Positions 7,484 to 17,559 of a stretch of DNA of 17,559 nucleotides are shown piece after piece. The DNA lies in contig NW_021825360.1 of NCBI RefSeq assembly GCF_006345805.1, positions 1 through 17,559 of the forward strand, read 5' to 3'. Numbering within the stretch: the first letter of the stretch is position 1; every line of letters starts with the position of its first letter. This stretch comes from Octopus sinensis (Eukaryota). Under the pieces are notes generated by a model. The model was not told the DNA's origin. It searched no databases and saw nothing but the letters and a program-made list of their open reading frames with translations. The translations under genes were made by a program, and so were the position numbers.

Positions 7484-10400
7484 ATATGTTAATAAATAGA
7501 ATATATGCATATATATAAACATATATGTACGTACCTACCTCTACATGTACTATACACGCATATATGTGTACAGACACCAAAAATACGTCGAACACATAGG
7601 GAGACGAAACACATAGACACAAACCAAGGAACAAGACAAGCAAAAAAAAGGGGAGAGATACAGGACAATAAGCACAACGAAAAATCCCCTTCTTCAGTCG
7701 CTAAGATTTCATCTACTAAACGTTTCGAAGGATAAAAGCGAGACGTATACTTCGAAGAAAAATTCCTTTCCGCCGCGAAAGCAAATCAATAAAAATTCTG
7801 AGATCTTTTCGCAGAGGGGTAAAAAAAAGCAAGACGGTAACGACAGTACAAACATATAAACAGTAAAAAATATATATATAACAGTGGAAAAATAAATATA
7901 TAACAGTGAGAGACAAGGACAATAGAACAAGATAAGAAGGGCTGTTAACGCCAGACGAAAAAAGTATTGTAAACGCTGGATTATCGTGGAAGACAGAGAG
8001 GGAAATTTTGTCAACCAGAAGCCTTGCAAGGCGGGCGAGAAAGGACAGGAAAGCAGTTACGACGGAAGTATCGTCGCAGATGGATGACGGGAATGGGGGA
8101 GGAGGAGGAAGAGAGAGAAGAAGGGGAATGGTGCGAGGAGACCATGAAGAATGGTGAAAGGGAGAGAGAATGAAGAATGAGAGAGAGAGGAAGAGACAAG
8201 TTAAGTGAGGGAAAAAAGACGAAAAAGGAATGGAGAGAAAGAGAAAGATGCAGAGTCGCGTGAGAGTTAATATCAAGGCTAACTTGATAACAGAACAATC
8301 TTTACTTAGTAGGGTGCTTGCGTTTAATCGTATAATATGTTAATAAAATAGAATATATGCATATATAAAACATATATGTACGTACCTACCTCTACATGTA
8401 CATATACACGCATATATGTGTACAGGACACCAAAAGACGTCGAACACATAGGGAGACGAAACACATAGACACAAACCAAGAAACAAGACAAGCAAAAAAA
8501 AGGGGAGAGATACAGGACAATAAGCACAACGAAAAATCCCCTTCTTCAGTCGCTAAATTCATCTACTAAACGTTTCGAAGGATAAAAGCGAGACGTATAC
8601 TTCGAAGAAAAATCCTTCCCGCGAAAAAGCAATCAATAAAAATTCTGAGATCTTTTCGCAGAGGGGTAAAAAAAAAGCAGACGAACGACAGTACAAACAT
8701 ATAACAGTAAAAAATATATTATAAACAGTGGAAAAATAATATATACAGTGAGAGACAAGACAAGGAGAACAAGATAAGAAGGGCTGTTAACGCCAGACGA
8801 AAAAAGTATTGTAAACGCTGGATTATCGTGGAAGACAGAGAGGGAAATTTTGTCAACCAGAAGCCTTGCAAGGCGGGCGAGAAAGGACAGAAGCAGTTAC
8901 GACGGAAGTATCGTCGCAGATGGATGACGGAATGGGGAGGAGGAGGAAGAGAGAGAAGAAGGGAATGGTGCGAGGAAACCATGAAGAATGGTGAAAGGGA
9001 GAGAGAGATGAAGAATGAGAGAGAGAGGAAAGACAAGTTAGTGAGGGAAAAAAGACGAAAAGGGAATGGGAGAGAAAGAAGAAAGATGCAGAGTCGCGTG
9101 AGAGTTAATATCAAGGCTAACTTGATAAACAGAACAATCTTACTTAGTAGGGTGCTTGCGTTTAATCGTATAATATGTTAATAAAATAGAATATATGCAT
9201 ATATATAAACATATATGTACGTACCTACCTCTACATGTACATAACACGCATATATGTGTACGGACACCAAAAAACGTCGAACACATAGGGAGACGAAACA
9301 CATAGACACAACCAGGACAAGACAAGCAAAAAAAAGGGAGAGATACAGGACAATAAGCACAACGAAAAATCCCCTTCTTCAGTCGCTAAAGATTTCATCT
9401 ACTAAACGTTTCGAAGGATAAAGCGAGACGTATACTTCGAAGAAAATTCCTTCCCGCGAAAAGCAAATCAATAAAAATTCTGAGATCTTTTCGCAGAGGG
9501 TAAAAAAAAAGCAAGACGGTAACGACAGTACAAACATATAAACAGTAAAAAATTATAGATAAACAGTGGAAAAATAAATATATAACAGTGAGAGACAAGA
9601 CAAGGAGAACAAGATAAGAAGGGCTGTTAACGCCAGACGAAAAAGTATTGTAAACGCTGGATTATGTGGAAGACAGAGAGGGAAATTTTGTCAACAGAAG
9701 CCTTGCAAGGCGGGCGAGAAAGGACAGGAAAGCAGTTACGACGGAAGTATCGTCGCAGATGGATGACGGGATGGGGGAGGAGAGGAGAAGAGAGAAGAAG
9801 GGGAATGGTGCGAGGAGACCATGAAGAATGGTGAAAGGGAGAGAGAATGAAGAATGAGAGAGAGAGGAAGAGACAAGTTAAGTGAGGGAAAAAAGACGAA
9901 AAGGGAATGGGAGAGAAGAAAGAAAGATGCAGAGTCGCGTGAGAGTTAATATCAAGGCTAACTTGATAAACAGAACAATCTTACTTAGTAGGGTGCTTGC
10001 GTTTAATCGTATAATATGTTAATAAAATAGAATATATGCATATATATAACATATATGTACGTACCTACCTCTACATGTACATATACACGCATATATGTGT
10101 ACAGGACACCAAAAGACGTCGAACACATAGGGAGACGAACACATATGACACAAACCAAGGAACAAGACAAGCAAAAAAAGGGGAGAGATACAGGACAATA
10201 AGCACAACGAAAAATCCCCTTCTTCAGTCGCTAAGATTTCATCTACTAAACGTTTCGAAGGATAAAAGCGAGACGTATACTTCGAAGAAAATTCCTTCCC
10301 GCGAAAAGCAAATCAATAAAAATTCTGAGATCTTTTCGCAGAGGGGTAAAAAAAAGCAAGACGGTAACGACAGTACAACATATAACAGTAAAAAATATAT

Positions 10401-13400
10401 ATATAACAGTGGAAAATAAATATATAACAGTGAGAGACAAGACAAGGAGAACAAGATAAGAAGGGCTGTTAACGCCAGACGAAAAAGTATTGTAAACGCT
10501 GGATTATCGTGGAGACAGAGAGAAATTTTGTCAACCAGAAGCCTTGCAAGGCGGGCGAAAAGGACAGGAAAGCAGTTACGACGGAGTATCGTCGCAGATG
10601 GATGACGGGAAGGGGGGAGAGAGGAAGAGAGAGAAAGAAGGGGAATGGTGCGAGGAGACCATGAAGAATGGTGAAAGGAGAGAGAGAATGAAGAATGAGA
10701 GAGAGAAGAAGAGACAAGTTAAGTGAGGGAAAAAAAGGACGAAAAAGGGAATGGGAGAGAAAGAAAGAAGATGCAGAGTCGCGTGAGAGTTAATATCAAG
10801 GCTAACTTGATAAACAGACAATCTTACTTAGTAGGGGTGCTTGCGTTTAATCGTATAATATGTTAATAAATAGAATATTGCATATATATAAACATATATG
10901 TACGTACCTACCTCTACATGTACATATACACGCATATATGTGTACAGGACACCAAAAAGACGTCGAACACATAGGGAGACGAAACACATAGACACAAACC
11001 AAGGAACAAGACAAGCAAAAAAAAGGGGAGAGATACAGGACAATAAGCACAACGAAAATCCCTTCTTCAGTCGCTAAGATTTCATCTACTAAACGTTTCG
11101 AAGGATAAAAGCGAGACGTATACTTCGAAGAAAAATTCCTTCCCGCGAAAAGCAAATCAATAAAAATTCTGAGATCTTTTCGCAGAGGGGTAAAAAAAAG
11201 CAAGACGGTAACGACAGTACAAACATATAAACAGTAAAAAATATATAATAAACAGTGAAAAATAAATATATAACAGTGAGAGACAAGACAAGGAGAACAA
11301 GATAAAAGGGCTGTTAACGCCAGACGAAAAAAGTATTGTAAACGCTGGATTATCGTGGAAGACAGAGAGGAAATTTTGTCAACCAGAAGCCTTGCAAGGC
11401 GGGCGAGAAAGGACAGAAAGCAGTTACGACGGAAGTATCGTCGCAGATGGATGACGGGAATGGGGAGGAGGAGGAAGAGAGAGAAGAAGGGGAATGGTGC
11501 GAGGAGACCATGAAGAATGGTGAAAGGAGAGAGATGAAGAATGAGAGAGAGAGGAAGAGACACAGTTAAGTGAGGGAAAAAAGACGAAAAAGGGAATGGG
11601 AGAGAAAGAAAGAAAGATGCAGAGTCGCGTGAGAGTTAATATCAAAGCTAACTTGATAAACAGAACAATCTTACTTAGTAGGGTGCTTGCGTTAATCGTA
11701 TAATGTTAATAAAATAGAATATATGCATATATAAAACATATATGTACGTACCTACCTCTACATGTACATATCACGCATATATGTGTACAGGACACCAAAA
11801 AGACGTCGAACACATAGGGAGACGAAACACATAGACACAAACCAAGGAACAAGACAAGCAAAAAAAAGGGGAGAGATACAGGACAATAAGCACAACGAAA
11901 AATCCCCTTCTTCAGTCGCTAAGATTTCATCTACTAAACGTTTCGAAGGATAAAAGCGAGACGTATACTTCGAAGAAAAATTCCTTCCCGCGAAAAGCAA
12001 ATCAATAAAAATTCTGAGATCTTTTCGCAGAGGGGTAAAAAAAAAGCAAGACGGTAACGACAGTACAAACATATAAACAGTAAAAAATATATATATAAAC
12101 AGTGGAAAAATAAATATATAACAGTGAGAGACAAGACAAGGAGAACAAGATAAGAAGGGCTGTTAACGCCAGACGAAAAAAGTATTGTAAACGCTGGATT
12201 ATCGTGGAAGACAGAGAGGGAAATTTTGTCAACCAGAAGCCTTGCAAGGCGGGCGAGAAAGGACAGGAAAGCAGTTACGACGGAAGTATCGTCGCAGATG
12301 GATGACGGGAATGGGGGAGGAGGAGGAAGAGAGAGAAGAAGGGAATGGCGAGGAGACCATGAAGAATGTGAAGGGAGAGAGAGATGAAGAATGAGAGAGA
12401 GAGGAAGAGACAAGTTTAGTGAGGGAAAAAAAGACGAAAAAGGGAATGGGAGAGAAAGAAAGAAAGATGCAGAGTCACGTGAGAGTTATATCAAGGCTAA
12501 CTTGATAAACAGAACAATCTACTTAGTAGGGTGCTTGGTTTAATCGTATAATATGTTATAAATAAAATAGAATATATGCATATATATAACATATTACGTA
12601 CCTACCTCTACATGTACATATACACGCATATATGTGTACAGGACACCAAAAAGACGTCGAACACATAGGGAGACGAACACATAGACACAAACCAAGGAAC
12701 AGACAAGCAAAAAAAAGGGAGAGATACAGGACAATAAGCACAACGAAAAATCCCCTTCTTCAGTCGCTAAGATTTCATCTACTAAACGTTTCGAAGGATA
12801 AAGCGAGACGTATACTTCGAAGAAAAATTCCTTCCCGCGAAAGCAAATCAATAAAAATTCTGAGATCTTTTCGCAGAGGGGTAAAAAAAAGCAAGACGGT
12901 AACGACAGTACAAACATATAAACAGTAAAAAATATATATAAAACAGTGGAAAAATAATATATAACAGTGAGAGACAAGACAAGGAGAACAAGATAAGAAG
13001 GGCTGTTACGCCAGACAAAAAAGTATTGTAAACGCTGGATTATCGTGGAAGACAGAGAGGGAAATTTTGTCAACCAGAAGCCTTGCAAGGCGGGGCGAGA
13101 AGAAAGGACAGGAAAGCAGTTACGACGGAAGTATCGTCGCAGATGGATGACGGAATGGGGGAGGAGGAGGAAGAGAGAGAAGAAGGGGAATGGTGCGAGG
13201 AGACATGAAGAATGGTGAAAGGGAGAGAGAGAATGAAGAATGAGAGAGAGAGGAAGAGACAAGTCAAGTGAGGGAAAAAAGACGAAAAAGGGAATGGAGA
13301 GAAAGAAAGAAGATGCAGAGTCGCGTGAGAGTTAATATCAAGGCTAACTTGATAAACAGAACAATCTTACTTAGTAGGGTGCTTGCGTTTAATCGTATAA

Positions 13401-16152
13401 TATGTTAATAAAATAGAATATATGCATATATATAAACATATATGTACGTACCTACCTCTACATGTACATATACACGCATATATGTGTACAGGACACCAAA
13501 AAGACGTCGAACACATAGGGAGACGAAACACATAGACACAAACCAAGGAACAAGACAAGCAAAAAAAAGGGGAGAGATACAGGACAATAAGCACAACGAA
13601 AAATCCCCTTCTTCAGTCGCTAAGATTTCATCTACTAAACGTTTCGAAGGATAAAAGCGAGACGTATACTTCGAAGAAAAATTCCTTCCCGCGAAAAGCA
13701 AATCAATAAAAATTCTGAGATCTTTTCGCAGAGGGGTAAAAAAAAGCAAGACGGTAACGACAGTACAAACATATAAACAGTAAAAAATATATATAAACAG
13801 TGGAAAAATAAATATATAACAGTGAGAGACAAGACAAGGAGAACAAGATAAGAAGGGCTGTTAACGCCAGACGAAAAAAGTATTGTAAACGCTGGATTAT
13901 CGTGGAAGACAGAGAGGGAAATTTTGTCAACCAGAAGCCTTGCAAGGCGGGCGAGAAAGGACAGGAAAGCAGTTACGACGGAAGTATCGTCGCAGATGGA
14001 TGACGGGAATGGGGGAGGAGGAGGAAGAGAGAGAAGAAGGGGAATGGTGCGAGGAGACCATGAAGAATGGTGAAAGGGAGAGAGAATGAAGATGAGAGAG
14101 AGAGGAAGAGACAAGTTAAGTGAGGGAAAAAGACGAAAAAGGGAATGGGAGAAAGAAAGAAAGATGCAGAGTCCGCGGAGAGTTAATATCAAGGCTAACT
14201 TGATAAACAGAACAATCTTACTTAGTAGGTTGCTTGCGTTTAATCGTATAATATGTTAATAAAATAGAATATATGCATATAATAACATATATGTACGTAC
14301 CTACCTCTACATGTACATATACACGCATATATGTGTACAGGACACCAAAAAGACGTCGAACACATAGGAGACGAAACACTAGACACAAACAAGGAACAAG
14401 ACAAGCAAAAAAAAGGGAGAGATACAGGACAATACACAACGAAAAATCCCCTTCTTCAGTCGCTAAGATTTCATCTACTAAACGTTTCGAAGGATAAAAG
14501 CGAGACGTATACTTCGAAAAAAATTCCTTCCCGCGAAAAGCAAATCAATAAAATTCTGAGATCTTTTCGCAGAGGGGTAAAAAAAAGCAAGACGGTAACG
14601 ACAGTACAAACATATAAACAGTAAAAAATATATATATAAACAGTGGAAAAATAAATATATACAGTGAGAGACAAGACAAGGAGAACAAGATAAGAAGGGC
14701 TGTTAACGCCAGACGAAAAGTATTGTAAACGCTGGATTATCGTGGAAGACAGAGAGGGAAATTTTGTCAACCAGAAGCCTTGCAAGGGGGCGAGAAAGAC
14801 AGGAAGCAGTTACGACGGAAGTATCGTCGCAGATGGATGAGGGAATGGGGGAGGAGGAGAGGAGAGAGAAGAAGGGGAATGGTCGAGGAAAACCATGAAG
14901 AATGGTGAAGGGAGAGAGAGAATGAAGAATGAGAGAGAGAGGAAGAGACAAGTTAATGAGGGAAAAAAAGCCGAAAAAGGGAATGGGAGAGAAAGAAAGA
15001 AAGATGCAGAGTCACGTGAGAGTTAATATCAAGGCTAACTTGATAAACAGAACAATCTTACTTAGTAGGGTGCTTGCGTTTAAATCGTATAATATGTTAA
15101 TAAAAGAGAATATATGCATATATAAACATATATGTACGTACCTACCTCTACATGTACATATACACTCATATATGTGTACAGGACACCACAAAGACGTCGA
15201 ACACATAGGGAGGACGAAACACATAGACACAAACCAAGGAACAAGACAAGCAAAAAAAAGGGGAGAGATACAGGACAATAAGCACAACGAAAAATCCCCT
15301 TCTTCAGTCGCTAAGATTTCATCTACTAAACGTTCGAAGGATAATAAAAGCGAGAGTATACTTCGAAGAAAAATCCTTCCCGCGAAAAGCAAATCAATAA
15401 AAATTCTGAGATCTTTTCGCAGAGGGGTTATAAAAAAAAAAGCAAGACGGTAACGACAGTACAAACATATAAACAGTAAAAAATATATATAAACAGTGGA
15501 AAAATAAATATATAACAGTGAGAGACAAGACAAGGAGAACAAGATAAGAAGGGCTGTTAAGCCAGACGAAAAAAGTATTGTAAACGCTGGATTATCGGGA
15601 AGACAGAGAGGGAAATTTTGTCACAAGAAGCCTTGCAAGGCGGCGAGAAAGGACAGGAAAGCAGTTACGACGGAAGTATCGTCGCAGATGGATGACGGGA
15701 AGGGGGAGGAGGCGGAAGAGAGAGGAAGAAGGGGAATGGTGCGAGGAGACCATGAAGAATGGTGAAAGGGAGAGAGAGAATGAAGAATGAGAGAGAGAGG
15801 AGAGAAGAAGAGACAAGTCAGTGAGGGAAAAAAAGACGAAAAAGGGAATGGGAGAGAAAGAAAGAAAGATGCAGAGTCGCGTGAGAGTTAATATCAAGGC
15901 TAACTTGATAAACAGAACAATCTTACTTAGTAGGGTGCTTGCGTTTAATCGTATAATATGTTAATAAAATAGAATATATGCATATATATAAACATATATG
16001 TACGTACCTACCTCTACATGTACATATACACGCATATATGTGTACAGGACACCAAAAAGACGTCGAACACATAGGGAGACGAAACACATAGACACAAACC
16101 AAGGAACAAGACAAGCAAAAAAAAAGGGGAGAGATACAGGACAATAAGCACA
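7484..16152. repeat. Tandem macrosatellite, ~847-bp unit, 10 full copies plus a 197-bp partial copy
   Basis: The anchor atatgttaata starts at 7484, 8335, 9173, 10014, 10858, ~11702, 12551, 13400, 14251, 15092 and 15956 (mean spacing 847). Units are colinear and differ mostly by 1-2 nt indels. The plus strand is strongly A/G-rich. Confidence 0.97.
13603..13652 (-). ncRNA. Hammerhead-core-like motif in type II order, one per satellite unit (unit 8 shown)
   Basis: Minus strand reads ATCCTTC-GAAA-CG-TT-TAGTAGATGAAATCTTAGCGA-CTGAAGA-AGGGGAT. Present in all 10 full units, with small indels in a few. Confidence 0.3.
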
Positions 16153-16205
16153 GTGAAGACAGAAGTGCAAAAGAAAGTGAAAATAAATAGAAACAATACA
16201 AACAA

Positions 16206-16368
16206 GACGCAGGAGTGGCTGTGTGGTAAGTAGCTTGCTAACCAACCACATGGTTCGGGTTCAGTCCCACTGCGTGACACCTTGGGCAAGTGTTTTCTGC
16301 TATAGCCCGTGCCGACCAATGCCTTGTGAGTGGATTTGGTAGACGGAAACTGAAAGAAGCCTGTCGTA
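16206..16368 (+). mobile_element. 5' half of SINE family A, inverted copy with B box
   Basis: gacgcaggagtggctgtgtggtaagtagcttgc...ggttcagtccc...accttgggcaagtg...gaaagaagcctgtcgta, colinear with 17133-17295. Confidence 0.93.
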
Positions 16369-16404
16369 TATATGGATATATATATATATATATATATACA
16401 TATA

Positions 16405-16478
16405 TACGACAGGCTTCTTTCAGTTTCCGTCTACCAAATCCACTCACAAGCTACTTACCACACAGCCACTCCTGCGTC
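16405..16478 (-). mobile_element. 5' half of SINE family A with an 89-bp internal deletion removing the B box
   Basis: Reverse complement reads gacgcaggag...gtagcttg|tgagtggatttggtagacgg; the deletion joins two CTTG copies. Confidence 0.9.
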
Positions 16479-16823
16479 TTGTTTGTATTGTTTCTATTTA
16501 TTTTCACTTTCTTTTGCACTTCTGTCTTCACTGAAATTGCTTCCTTTTATGAAAAGAAAGAAGAAGCTAAACCACTGAAATGTTAGTTTGGGATTGTAGA
16601 AGGTCATAAAATATATGACATGAATAATTTCAATGAACGATTTAATATAATAATCAAAGTATTCAATCATGCAATCAATTTCTCTTTGACAAGAAAAGGA
16701 AGAAAAGAAAAAGAAAGAAAGAAAAAAAGCCAGAAGCGAACAAAATCCAATTAAAATATATTCCGTTACATACGGATTACATAGAGAAAAGATGGCGTGA
16801 TAAGTATGTGTAACAAGGACGAC

Positions 16824-16966
16824 ATATATATATTATATTATATATATATATATATATAAATGTATGTACTTGAATCTGTGTAAGCGTATATATTTGTATG
16901 TCTAAGTGCATTTCTATATATATTACAATACATACATACATATATATACATATATATACATATATC

Positions 16967-17025
<59 letters not shown>

Positions 17026-17081
17026 TACATATATATATATACACTATATATACATATATATATAATATTATATTATATATA

Positions 17082-17118
<37 letters not shown>

Positions 17119-17132
17119 TATATATATATATA
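16824..17132. repeat. (TA)n-rich low-complexity tract
   Basis: Long degenerate TA/TACA runs. Confidence 0.95.
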
Positions 17133-17292
17133 GGCGTAGGAGTGGCTGTGTGGTAAGTAGCTTGCTTACCAGCACATGGTTCCGGGTTCAATCCCACTGC
17201 GTGGCACCTTGGGGCAAGCGTCTTCTACTACAGTCTCTGGCCGACCAAAGCCTTGTAGTGGATTTGGTAGACGGAAACTGAAAGAAGCTCTC

Positions 17293-17363
<71 letters not shown>

Positions 17364-17559
17364 TGTGTTTGTCCTCCCAACATCGCTTGACAACCGATGC
17401 TGGTGTGTTTACGTCCTCGTAACCTAGCGGTTCGGCTAAAAGAGACCGATAGACTAAGTACTAGGCTTACAAAGAATAAGTCCTGGGGTCGATTAGCTCG
17501 ACTAAAGGTGGTGGTGCTCCAGCATGGCCGCAGTCAAATGACTGAAACAAGTAAAAGAG
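17133..17559 (+). mobile_element. Full-length tRNA-derived SINE, family A (CORE-like head)
   Basis: Head ggcgtaggagtggctgtgtggtaag, B-box-like ggttcaatccc, CORE-like caccttggggcaag, internal (TA)n(TG)n and tail gactgaaacaagtaaaagag reaching the window end. Confidence 0.95.

Larger units (their letters stand above)
16151..16533. repeat. Inverted duplication (interrupted palindrome) centred on (TA)n
   Basis: 16151-16237 is the exact reverse complement of 16447-16533 (87 bp). 16323-16374 is the exact reverse complement of 16399-16450 (52 bp). The centre lies at 16386/16387. Confidence 0.93.

Noticed and set aside
13500-13515. GTTCGACGTC on the minus strand as a Pol III B box in the satellite unit
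   Set aside because: It is a poor match to GGTTCGANTCC, there is no upstream A box, and many T-runs would terminate Pol III.
13700-13720. AATTTTTATTG as an Sm site of an snRNA or SL RNA
   Set aside because: It deviates from the RAU4-6GR consensus, lies inside a hairpin loop, and there is no resemblance to U1, U2, U4, U5 or U7 that I can see.
14005-14080. Canonical G-quadruplex in the GA-rich block
   Set aside because: The four G3+ runs are separated by loops of 20 nt or more.
7484-16152. CRISPR-like array or CRESS-virus concatemer
   Set aside because: There are no unique spacers, no Rep-like ORF and no canonical nonanucleotide origin; the context is animal genomic DNA.
7317-16319. Many 60-238 aa ORFs on both strands of the array, considered as a tandem gene or repeated exon
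   Set aside because: Starts, stops and frames differ between units, and products are F/L/S/I- or K/R/E-biased from strand skew. The best candidate plus-strand exon (13617-13735, 119 nt) is not a multiple of 3 and its one long frame hits a stop in the consensus.

Overview
This is a non-genic, repeat-dense animal genomic window. It is most likely from an octopus (coleoid cephalopod), inferred from tRNA-derived SINE families I recognise from memory. I see no credible host protein-coding gene; nearly all listed ORFs are microsatellite or satellite artefacts. Layout: (i) 18-1122, a decayed minus-strand ORF1 of a non-LTR retrotransposon (RRM-like region plus CCHC knuckle, L1/Tx1-like). (ii) 1.1-7.2 kb, microsatellites, three SINE families, probable hAT/MITE remnants and two hammerhead-ribozyme-like motifs. 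(iii) 7484-16152, a head-to-tail array of about 10.2 copies of a ~847-bp purine-skewed, CpG-rich unit. (iv) 16151-16533, an inverted duplication centred on (TA)n with an 89-bp microhomology-flanked deletion in one arm. (v) a full-length SINE at the right end. Main structural reading: the array plus the inverted copy appear to sit inside the internal (TA)n tract of one SINE, splitting it into halves 9 kb apart. Each array unit also carries, on the minus strand, a hammerhead-core-like motif next to a pre-miRNA-like hairpin. Differences between units are mostly 1-2 nt indels typical of unpolished long reads, so array length and the palindrome need read-level confirmation. All folding and alignment was done by eye.
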